The notes beneath the pieces were generated by a model that had not been told where the DNA came from, made no database searches, and saw only the letters and a list, made by a program, of their open reading frames with translations. 64,000 nt of DNA from Setoptus koraiensis (lineage: Eukaryota > Animalia > Arthropoda), in the NCBI GenBank assembly GCA_048013815.1, contig CM106585.1, positions 17,112,001 to 17,176,000 of the forward strand, read 5' to 3'. Position 1 is the stretch's first letter. Every line of letters starts with the position of its first letter. Shown here piece by piece: positions 1 to 12,262 of this stretch. A program made the translations under genes and the position numbers.

Positions 1-70
1 CAGATAGCATCATGTAGCCGCAACAGTGGCACCAGTGGTGCCGACACTAAACAGAGGACGCTCGTATCGG

Positions 71-180
71 GATATGTGGGCATATATGGGGATGTGCGGG
101 GATATATGGGGATGTGCGGGGATATATGGGGATGTGCGGGGCTATATGGAGATGCGTGGGGATATGTGGGGATGTGCGGA
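71..180. repeat. Degenerate 10-bp tandem repeat (GATRTRYGGG), 11 units
   Basis: Units such as gatatatggg and gatgtgcggg alternate from 71 to 180. Confidence 0.9.
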
Positions 181-3100
181 GTAGAGAGCGATAATTTACA
201 ACTGTTGACTAATGATGTCAGCCGTTTCGGCCAAATCAATGGGCGCACTCAGCATGTGCCAGCATATGCCACCATTGATGGCAGCCTAATCGCATGGCGT
301 CATCATGATCACATCCGCGTTTTGTCACTTGTTATGGGTCTTGCCATGTCTCCTTGGCGCGTTTGACAAGCTCAACAATGCTCACAATCTCTTTGCATCC
401 CTGTGACTCGGCGTTTGTCTGGGCGCTTGTCTCGGCGCTTGTGCCAACGCTTGCATGTTCATATGAGTATGAGTTGTTAATTTGTGTTGGCCATATTGGC
501 CATAATACAACCTAATGGCCACACAACTTAATATGACTCACAATCGTGCCAGCCAAGCCACTTGCCGAGCGCCACTCAATTAGTGCAAACACTGACAGCA
601 CATGTTCACTATTCATCAACTGGCAATTAGTGACTGCATTGTGTCACATTGACCATCCAATAATCAATACAACCATTAATTGATATAATAATTGATCATT
701 GTTTCAACGTGTGTTACGTAATGGGGACTATTGTATCAGTGATAAAGTTGGTTAGTTCACTAGTGTTTTATTAAGTGACACCAAGTGATTTTTGACTGTC
801 ATACTTTGACTGTGTCTGGCAGAGGCGATGGTCACTCGCAAGTTGTGTGAGTCACAACAGCAGCAGCAACCACAGCACACTGTTCACTTGGCCACGTATC
901 TATCATATATAATGATATGATTGTGCAAACACACACTCTTAGAAACAATTGCACAATTTGCATAATTACATCGACTTGCGCGCGATACAAGCGGCCAAGA
1001 AATGAGATGAGATGAGATCAAGTCGAGTGACATTGTTGCCAGCACAGTGGGGAGATGTCACTCAACCATGTGACTGAATCACTGACAGTGCACGACAGCG
1101 GAGCCTCTAATGGAGAGCATTGTTATGTATTATTATTAGTATTATTAGAGTTGTCTGTGGCCATTCAACTCTGCATGCATTACACTCTGTCATATGCATA
1201 AAAGCATATGCTTGTAATATGGTTATAATGCAAGATTATATTAAATATTATGTAAGATGATTGGGGCTAATTTCATTTTCATTGTGTCTCTGTTGTGTAG
1301 TTCTTGTACTGTTCATTGTACTGTAATATTGTGTATGATTGTGCGACAAGCATGACAAGACAACAGCCCAAGTTGCCAGCTCTTTTCGCATTGTCAAACG
1401 AGCCTTTTGCGATGCTGATCAAGCAGTAATCAAGTATTGTTGTATCATGACTCCACTTGCAGCACTGTTATATCATAAATGATGATAACAGATGAATATT
1501 TAGTTGTTGCTATATCAGCTGATTATACTCACTACGTGCACTATAATTGCTGCCTTTGACCCACCAATATCCTCGATTATGTTAGTTGTGTGTTAGTTGC
1601 GCGCACAATTTATTTAGTTACAATTAATTAAAAATTGCAATTACAATTAGTTGTCATTACAATTGGTTGTAATTGAAAACGCGATATGTGACATCATTTC
1701 AATCGCATCGTAACGGCCACTTGGCAATCGTTTGGCACACTCCCTGTCGATGTAATCGCCCTGTAAGCGAACTGTGTTTGAGCCCGTTATAATGCATAAT
1801 CATCAACACATATAATACAAATCATCAGTATAATCGATGGTTGTTCGCTGACAAAAAGCCACGCTGACAACAGAGCAGCAGCAATCATTCAATCATTGGC
1901 TCTCTACTAACACTAACACTAACAATGGCACATGCAACATGCTCGTACCAGCTCGTAGTAGCGATCATAATCAATGCATCTCTTTATGTAATTATAATTA
2001 ATTCTTTGCTCGTTCATTATTGCGCCCATGTCCACATTGTCAGCTAACTACATGGCCAACGTCATTCGACGCTATTCGACGTTATTCGACGTTGAGTTTG
2101 TCAAGTTTGTTTATCGTACGCAAATGCAAATTAATGCAAACTTGACTATGCTAATCTGCTAAAATGCGCGCGATGCGTGCAACAGATCTTATCGCCGTCA
2201 AGACGCTGCTGCGCTCGTTGGGGCGTTCGTCGGTGCGTCCGTCGGTGCGTTCGTCGGTGCGTTCGTCGGTGAGCTTGTTGGTGCGCTCGTTGATGCGTGC
2301 CAACAATGGGCCCCAACGACAATATTCAACGACACACAATCAAACATCGCGAGCGGCAAACGAGCAAGTTGTATCATAAACTGTTGTATTACGTTATATA
2401 ACAGCGTGTTATACAGCGTGTATATGTAATTTGTTATGTAATGTTTTGTAACGTTAAGTTGATTGATGGCTGCAACAGTGCACAACAATTGTCAGTGCAG
2501 CGCTGGGGTTCATTCAATTAAAAGTTGAAATTAAGCCACGCCATCGCGCGTAATCGTGTTCGGTACTGTTGGCAAGCTGACACTTGGCCGCCCGCACTGA
2601 CAATAGTGACTCAAGTCAAAGCTGTCAGCTGTGCGAGCCCATTATGCAATAGCCACAAATTGTGGTTAATAATGTTGTTGCACGTTGTCATGGCTACTGG
2701 CAACAATGCATGTTAGTTGCTGTTGCGGCGAGTGGCCTGGTTACATCATCAGCATGACTCAATTTGAGAGTTGTCTCAATTTGAGAGTTGTCTCAATGAC
2801 ACACATGATGTGTTCGCAGTTATGCGACCATCGTCGTCGTCTCGACAATCGCAGCAAACATTGACGCCTAATATGTCATGTGTCTCAACGGCGTCTCTCG
2901 CAGTCTTTCGCAGTCTCTTGCAGCGAGCGACAAGTCAAGTTGCAATGACGAACTATCCGTTGGCCATTGTGACACAATGATTGTGTTCGATGTTGCGCTC
3001 ATTGTGGCTCGAAATGGCGCTCATTGTGGCTCGATATCGCGCCGTTCGAACAGCACGAATGGTCGCCGTGGTGCTCGCAAATAAACACGCCGAGCTACGA

Positions 3101-5372
3101 ACGCAAAAAAGAGAGCGAGTTGGCGCAATTGCGAAATTGTGTAACTCGCTCAACAATTGTGACTGCCTACTATCTAGTAACTAGACAGTGTCTAGTGAGT
3201 GTGACGAGCTCACTGTTGCGACTGGATGCGCCGGCGTGCGCTGGCCGATTTGCCAGCCAACAGCGACCAAGTGCAATAACATTTAGCAAATGAACTCTCG
3301 CTCGGGGGCCCCTTAAATCGCCTGTTACACGGACACGCTGTGGCTCGGTGCTTGTGAGGCTGTGGCTCGGTGCTCGTGAGGCTGTGGCTCGGTGCGCCAC
3401 AAGCTCACAAGCAAGCGCATTCAATTGTTGAACAACAAGCCAAAAGGAGACACAACCTTTAAAAACACTAAGCGCATGGGACAGGTTTATTATGTAATAT
3501 ATCTTAACTCATCGCTGGCCTGTCATGAGCTCGCTCGCTTAGCTATTTATAGATAGACGTATTTGGTTGTATTTTTGCGCCTTTTCGCGCTGCCAACTCT
3601 CGCTCTGCTTGCTTGTTGTCCGGTCATTCGCTGTCTGGCTCGTCGTTGGCGGCTCGTCGTTGGCGGCTCGTCGTTGCCGGCTCGTCGTTGCCGGCGAGTC
3701 GTCAGCCCGCAGCAACCAGCCGCAACTGGCCAAAAACAACTCGCGACAAGGCCACTGGACGAGGCAACCAACCGGCGAGGCCGCCAAGCGAGGCCCATGG
3801 ACACGCACTCGGCCGTTCGCATTCCAGCGACCCACTGGGCAGCCATGGCCAAATCAAATCCCTCGTCGGGCGCTCACATCGTCAGCCGCTCACATCGTCA
3901 GCCGCTCACATCGTCAGCCGCCCTCATCGTCAGAGAAATCGCCGTCTGGCGGCCGGCCTGCCAAGGCCTCGGCCGAATATTTCATTTTCGCTCGCAGCCA
4001 ACGACTGACCGCCGCACCGACAAGCGTCCGATTCGCAATTCTCAATTTTGGTTCGCCCGTCGGCCGCATTCGCAGGTCAGTGCTTCATTCGCTGGTCAGC
4101 GTGCGCCGGCGTGCCCGGGCAAACGAGCGGCCACGCCGGTGACCGTTGTCTGATGATCAGAGTCCGATCATCAGACTCTGATCAGCAGAGTCTGCCGATC
4201 GCGCGCCAGCGTCGTGTTTGCACTTTGTTTGCACGAGCTGCTCGCTCGCGTCAATTGTTGAGCCGCTCGCTCGTGCCAACTGTTGAGCCGGCAAGCGGCG
4301 GGCGCCACGGCCGGCCGCGACCCCGTAAGCCCTGCGGCCGGGGTCAAGCGCGCTCGTTTGCATTGGCCACTCTGGCCACTCTGGCCACTCTGACCACTTT
4401 GACCACTTTGGCCATTGTCAGCGGCGACTGTGATTGTTGGCACCGACTGGTCACAGTGGCGACACGGCAGCACGCGCTCACCGATGGTCGCAAGTGTCAC
4501 ATTAGTGTCACATTGATGTCACCCGTGGCACCGCGCGGAATGTCACAATGTTGACAAGAGCTGCTCACAAGCGTCAGTTGACAGGTGTGAGCGATTAGCG
4601 GCTCTCGCATTGACAGTCGCACAATTGTTGTCAATTGTTGTCAATGGCTCGCAATGGCTCTCAGTGGCTCGCGATGGCGCACACACACACGCACGCTGAC
4701 ACAAGCGGCCGACGCAGACAGCGAGCGGCTGTTTTAATTGTCATTGTCGCCAATAAAGTCGCAAAGCCGCGAGGTCACGGCGCCTTGTTTGCCAGCTTTG
4801 TTTGCCAGTGTCGGCCTGACAGTGTCAGTCTGACAGTCACACTCTGACAGTGTCTGTCTGGCTGTCACACTCTGACAGTGTCAGGCTGGCGGCGGCGCAC
4901 GAGTCGCGCCGACAGTTGGTGACAGTTGGCGCGTTGTTGTGCCGTTGTGGCACAAGTGCAGCGACAGCAACAGCAGCAAACGAGCCGGATATAGCGACCA
5001 AAGTGTCATGCAAACCATTGGCACAAAGTGATCGGCTCGCACAGACAGCGCGCTGTGCAGACCAATGGCCGCAAACAACAACCGGCGGTGTCGCTGTGGC
5101 AACAAGTGGCGGCCATAAACGTATTAACGTTGAACTCTGTCTACTGACAGCGCGTGAGCTGCGTATTTAAAGCGCATTTAAAGCGTATTTATAGCGCCGG
5201 TGTCATCGACACCAGCGGCCATGTTGATACATTGTTGTCGCTGTGACAACTGCGGTGGCGACATGCAAATAGTTGCATGTCGCGGCATTGCCACCGATGA
5301 CAGCGCACGCCAAACGAATCGATCATGGCGACGACATTTTGCGATGACACACGCACGCAAAGATCATTGATC

Positions 5373-5456
5373 TTTTGACACAACATTTGACACAACATTT
5401 GACACAACTTTTGACACAACTTTTGACACAACTCTTGACACAACTCTTGACACAAC
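5373..5456. repeat. 12-bp tandem repeat, 7 copies (TTGACACAAC core)
   Basis: gacacaac recurs every 12 nt from 5377 to 5449. Confidence 0.9.
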
Positions 5457-5550
5457 GCAGCTCGCGCCGACATTTACATTGTTCGCGCTCGCCACATCGT
5501 CGCATCGGCGTGTCACTCGCACTCGCTCGCACAAGCTTACGTAATGCGCT

Positions 5551-5750
5551 GTGTTGTGTTGTGTTGTGTTGTGTTGTGTTGTGTTGTGTTGTGTTGTGTT
5601 GTGTTGTGTTGTGTTGTGTTGTGTTGTGTTGTGTTGTGTTGTGTTGTGTTGTGTTGTGTTGTGTTGTGTTGTGTTGTGTTGTGTTGTGTTGTGTTGTGTT
5701 GTGTTGTGTTGTGTTGTGTTGTGTTGTGTTGTGTTGTGTTGTGTTGTGTT
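5551..5750. repeat. (GTGTT)40 pentanucleotide microsatellite
   Basis: Perfect 200-bp run; it produces the QHNTT and CCVVL ORFs in the track. Confidence 0.97.
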
Positions 5751-8700
5751 GCAACAGTCACACAAGCACATGTGCCCGCTGGCAAGTCACTTGTGCTTGC
5801 CAAACAACTGTGCCCAACTCCATAGGTGGCGATAATTCAGTGGCCACAATGACAGTTGCCAAATGAACGACAGCGACACTCTGCACACACCAGCTGACGC
5901 TCAGCTCTGGCCACACCGGTCAACACGCTTGCATCCGTTTTAGCAGCAACAACAACAGCAACAACAACAACAACGACAACAACAACAACAACGACAACAA
6001 CAGTCGGACGGCCGACATGAATCAATCAATTAATTGACAAGTATTGTAAGCTAGTTAGTGAGCCGGGGTGGCCAATGCAAAGGCGAAGGTGGCAAAGGTG
6101 TGGTCAGGTGGTGCCGTTGTGAGTCACACACTTGTTGCACAACACCATTGTTGCCATACAGTAACTGTATACTATACAGTGTTTAGTGTGTTGCGCAACC
6201 ACAGATGCAAACAAACCTGTCAACGGCGCCAACAACCACCGATGGCCAGTGGTGAATGAGGTGAATCATGTAATCATAGTATCATTACACTGGCTGCACC
6301 ATCGATGTGACCTGACAACTGTTGCTAGTGTGACTATGACAACAAATAAGGAAGCGCCACTTTTGTTTATTATCAACTATCAACTATCAAATATCAAATC
6401 ATCATCAAATCATCATCAAATCATCATGAGATCGTAGATCAAACAGAGACAAAACAGAGATAAAAATAAAATAAATTTTATTAATATTAATATTAAAATG
6501 GCAGTTTAAGTATGTTGTATTGTATTGTATTTATAGTGTTGTGTTCATGTAGCGGTAATACAAGTCAGTTTGTTTGTCGTTGTTGTCGCTGCTGCTGGCA
6601 GCACCATTTGCCGTTGTCACATCGGTGTATCACTGACTGTTGTGTAACTGGCTGTTGTGTAACTGGCTGTTGTGTAACTGGCTGTTGTGTAACTGGCTGT
6701 TGTGTAACATCACCATGAGTGACAGTAGACAACACAGATAACGCAACACATAGACAACAAGTGCAACAAGTGTATGGCTGATACATTAATAGCAGTAATA
6801 CTGTAACAGTATGATACAGTAATACCGCAACAGTATAATACAGTAATACTGTTACAGTATTATTATTATGATACTGTCAATGATGATACAGTGTCAGGTA
6901 GTTTGGGCTAATGAGCAAAATAGATCAACATGCTGGTTAATTGTGGTCGCATTTATCGTCAATATCGCGACATCATCTGTTTCGCCTGTCAGCGCGTTTG
7001 TTTCATCAAGGGCCAGAGTAAAGTCACTTGTTGCTTGTTTTGTTGTCTGTCGCTGAACACACAAACACAAACAGAGTCTGTTTGAAACAGTGACAAATAA
7101 CAATAATAACAGTAATACAACATGTACAACACAACGCTCCTATAATGCCAATCATATGATATGACATAATATAATTAAATTACACAACCATTAGTCTATT
7201 TACAGCGACACCAACAACGACACCAACAACAGCACCAACAACGACAACAACGACGCCGGTTTGTGAGCTGCTCAAGTTGCAGCTCACACAAACAGTTGGC
7301 GCCCTAAACCAACTGTCGATCATCTATCATCAACCTGTGCAACCTGTCAAGCTCTTCCTGCTCGCCCGATCCTGTGACACTGTCACACTGTGAGTCACAG
7401 TCTGTGACAGGCTGGTCGATCTGGGCAACGTTGGTCAACTAAACTTTACTTTTTTCGTTTAATTATGTCATCGCATAATTATGTCATCGCATGGCGATCA
7501 TCACAGCACTGCTGTGACAGCAGACGATAGCAGACGTGTGAAACGGTGACCATTTGGCGCCAGTTTGTGCACTGTGCGATACGATATTTACATCGCGTTT
7601 ATTTCAAATAAACGCGACAAATAAATTATTTGTCGCGATCGATATCGCGTTAATCGCGAGCTATGTCACAGTGGCCAACAGAAGCCGCCGACGCACCGTA
7701 TCGAGTGGTCAATCTGACTGACAGATCTGACTGAATTGTGAGAGCCTCTCACAGTGAGAGGAGATCGCTGAAAAGTTTTCAGCGAAAACACATTCTCTAT
7801 TACAGATCGTATTTTGTCTAGTTTGTCCATGTGGCGGCGCTGTGCGGTTGCGGTTGCGGTGGTTTAGCTGGTTGGTCGGTGCTCGGTGCTCGCAGCGATT
7901 GTTTACATGCCAGCACAACAAATATCGTATGTAGATATCGTAAAAGAGGCGCCCTTTCTCACGTCCGTCAGCGGCGACGCGCATCGCAAATGCGAGTCGG
8001 ACAAACAATTTCAAATAATGATAATTTGCCATTAGCTGGCGGCGCTGTCACTGGCGTGATAACTCTCGCATACATTGCGATATGACGTAATTTGCTGCTG
8101 CCAAGTGGCAGCAGCAAACAACAACGACGACGACGCATCGGCTCGCAAACGATATAAGACGATGTGAGAGAGATAAACAGCGTCTCTTGTTACCCGTGGC
8201 GCGGTCGCCGGCCAGACCTTGGTCAGTCGGCTGGCAGCGTTGTGGCGCCGTTTGTGGCAGTTTTTGGCAGTTTGTTTTTGGCAGTTTGTTTTTGGCAGTT
8301 TGTGGCGCTTTTCGGCGGCTTTTCGGTGGCGTTCGGCAGCAGTTGCGGCGGGGCCTCAGCAGGCCGGTTGCGGCGCTCACTTGTAATTGATCTCGACAAC
8401 ACTAATGGCGTCTGGCTTGGCCATTTTACAATAATGATGACAACGATGATGACAATGATGATAATAATGATAATAATGATGGTAATAGTGATGATAATAA
8501 ATGATAATCGTAACAATAATCGCGCCGATAGCAGCGAGCGTTTGCGCGCCTCTCGGCTTGACATTGCGCTGCCCGTCGCGGTATTCAATTACTCGGCTGC
8601 CGGGCGCAATCGGCCATTTATCTCGCACATATCTCGCACATATCTCGCACATATCTCGCATATATCTCGCATATGTACGCCATATATATTTGCCAATATA

Positions 8701-11700
8701 TTCTGGCAAATATATATGGCGGCTGGCACCACATTGCAAGTCGGGCCCATGGCCGACTATTGCCAGTTGCCATAGGCTCATAATGCGCCCATAATGCAAC
8801 AACAACGCGACCATTACGCAATAATAACGCAAATACCAATAATGCGCGCCATTATGAGATGATCGGCGCGCAATTGTCAGCCACTTGTCGATCACGACGC
8901 AAACAACGCAACAACAGCACCCCAGTAATTGATAATTAGATAATTGGATAATTAGAGCTCGCAAGTCGCCGGCATTACATTATCCATGCGCTGCCATCGA
9001 CTGGCCGACAATGCGATCGTTGACTGTGCCATTATAATTTGACATGTGTTAATTAACGCCATTCAATTAACATTAGTGTTGGCTGTTTACGGCCACTTGT
9101 TGCTCATTGGCTGCTCGTTGGCCACTTGTTGATTGGCTCTTCGTTGGCCACTTGTTGATTGGCGCTCGTCGTTGGCCGCAACGGCTCTGTCTTGGCTGTC
9201 TATATATATATATATATCGCCAACAACTTGTTGGCAACAAGTTGGCCTGGCTGACACAGCCAGAGATAATGTGCACGACAAGCACAATTTATTTATTATT
9301 TTTTATGATTGTAAACAAGTCAGCAGCAACGAGTCAACAACGACACCGACAAGTGCAAACGGATAGCAGCCAACAGCAACAATGACAATTGAACACGACA
9401 ACTTCGAACAAGACAACAAGCCCGTGTGCAACCGACACCGACTGGCAAAGTGACGAGGCGACGGAGTGACGAGGCGACGAAGTGACGAGGCGACGAGGCG
9501 ATGAAATGATGAAATGGGGCGCCCGCACAGCCCGCACGACAGCCGGCGACGACGACAACGGTCTAGCCAACGACGGTTGTGAGTTACGATGGTGCGTACA
9601 GTTACAAGTGGATCAACAAGTGAGCGTGATGCAGACAACCATGCGACCAAAAATTGAATTTGTCGTCGCAAATTCGCGATCTCGACTCGATTTGTGTCAC
9701 AACGAATTTGTCAGCAGTCGTCGTGGCGACAAATTGTTTGTCAGACATCGAGTGTCGTGACAAATGTGCTCGCCAAGGCGTTTGTGCGCGTTAGCTAACA
9801 CACGCCGACAGCCACAAAATATAAAAATAGATATAAATTAGCGAGCGATCGCGACTTGCGCTGCTCGTCAAATGATTTGCCGAATTTGACGGATTGCGAT
9901 GGAATTGGCGAATTGCGATGGAATTGGCGAATTGCGCTGGAATTGGCGAAGTAACGACGGCCAAGTTCATTTATTTGCGGGCATTTATGGCGCGGCGCGG
10001 CTGTGACGCGCGTCAATGTGGGCGCCCAATCAACAATCAGACGGCGACGTGACGACTGATCCGTCTCGCTCGTCTCGCGCGTCTATCCGTCTTGTTCGTC
10101 GCGTTCGTCTATCCGACGATCCGTCGATCCGTCTATCCGGCGACGCCGTAGCGAATCGAGAGAAAGTGTCATTAGAGTAGACGAGATTTGTGAGCGACAA
10201 ACAGGTGACACGGTCGCTGTTGGCAAGTTGCGCCTATTGCGAAAACTTGCCAACAGCGACAACACTGCGCGGCGGTGTCGCTGTTGTCGTTGATGTCGCT
10301 GTTGCTGTTGTCGTTGGTGTTGTCGTTGGTGCAAGTGTCGTTGTTCAACAGCGACAGCAACAGCAACAGTTGCTGGCTGGCAAGTGGCGCCGCAACTGGC
10401 TCTGGCAGCAACGTGACATACGACAGGTAGATAATAAATATCAGCGCGCTTTCATTATCGATTTAATTGTAGGTGCGCTGGCGGTTTTAGTTTCGCGTTG
10501 GCTCGCTTGCTCGCTTGTTGGTTTGTGGCGCCGGATTGGCAAGTGGCAGTCGGATTGTGAGTCAATCCACTTTGCAAATATCCATTTCTGGCGTGTGTCT
10601 CCGCGGCGCAATCAGCCTGACACTGCCTCGCGCGTCTGGCTCGCGTCGCCTCACAAACAACAACACGGGCTCGTTGTTGTCATCTGTCGTTGTTGTTGTT
10701 GCTGTCGTTGTTGTTGCTGTCGTTGATGTTGCTGTTGTTGTCGCTGTTGTTGTTGTTGTCGCTGTTGTGCAAACTGACAAGAGTGACTCACTGGCGAGAC
10801 AGCGCGTACACGATCGAACGACCTCGAACCCGGCAAATGTGAAAGTTGTGCCAAGTTCACGGTCACGGCTGCCACCTTTGTTGTTGTTGTCGTCGTCGTG
10901 GTTGTTGTTGTTGTTGTTGTTGTTTTTCTTGTGTTCCTTCGACATCCATTTAACAGTAGGATAGTTTCAGTTGAACGCTGCAAGTTACACTGCAAGTTTT
11001 AGTGAAATTGTGACTCAAACACAGACGCCAACAGCTCCGACTCGACGGCTGCGCGAGCTGCCAAACAGCCCAAGTGTGTCTGGCCAAGTTTGCGAAACTT
11101 GTAACAACAACAACAACAACAACAATATTACAATGCTGCCGTCTCACAATTTGTGACTCACAAATACAAATAATGCTGGCAAGACCGCACCAGTCAGCCA
11201 CTGACATTAGCGTTGTTGTTGTTGTTATATTTAGCTTGGCTGTTGCACGTTTTGTCATGTTGTTGTGGTGGTTGTCGTTGTTGTTGTCGTTGTTGTTGTC
11301 GTTGTTGTTGTCGTTGTTGTTGTTGTCGTTGTTGCTGTTGTTGTTGTTCGGCGGCGGCGGCGGCGGTTGCTGTTCGACGGCGGCTGTTGGCGCAAAACTG
11401 CCACAAGTGCCACAACTTTCAACTTTCAACTGGCACAACAAAAACTTGCGCAACAACGCCAACAACAATAAATTGTCGGCTCAACTGGAATCAGTTTTAT
11501 TATCGCACACTCAAGTTCAATTCGGCGGCTGCTGTTGTGAGTCTGTTAGCATGCCAACTATTATAATTATTTTCTATGGCGTCAACGTGTGCGCCCGCTG
11601 TCACTGCATCGCACAAGACGAAATGAAATAAAACGAAACGAAACGAAATAAAAAAAAAATAATGCAAGCCAAAACAAAGGCCGTCGAGCCAACACTGTCG

Positions 11701-12228
11701 AGCCAACACTGTCGAGCCAGCGCCGCCGAGCTGCGTCCAACAGCGCAGAGCAGTGGCCAAAAGAACAGTAATTGATGCAATTAGCAACGCAAGCTTTGCG
11801 CCAACGAAGTTCGCAGAGTCAAGTTCGCTGGCAAGCCAACTCTGGCTAGCTTGTTGCGATTAGTGTGCGACAGTCAACACGACTGACTTGTGACTCGCAA
11901 CTAATGACAGTCGTTCGTTTACTGGCGACTACAATACAGTGACTGTATTATTCACTCGCAACTGTTAGTATAATACGATAGTATATCGATGTATGACACT
12001 GTGCAAACATTGCGCAGTACATTGTGCAAATAAAGCAACAACAACAACAACAACATTGTTTGTTTTTCGGGCCATTGTTGGCTGTTTTGTTGTCATCATC
12101 CGGCACTGATAGCAATTGATACTCGCTCGCTCGATACGCGATAATTGCAATGGCTCAATTATGATTGTCAATCCACACTCCGCAGTCCACAGTCCACGGA
12201 CACAGCTGATCAATAGTGCACGGACAAC

Positions 12229-12262
12229 TAATTAATTAATTAATTAATTAATTAATTAATTA
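12229..12262. repeat. (TAAT)8 self-complementary tetranucleotide run
   Basis: taattaattaat... read directly. Confidence 0.9.

Noticed and set aside
10415-10461. 46-nt GT...AG mini-intron-like segment
   Set aside because: Weak donor (GTAGAT), and the flanks give no credible coding sequence.
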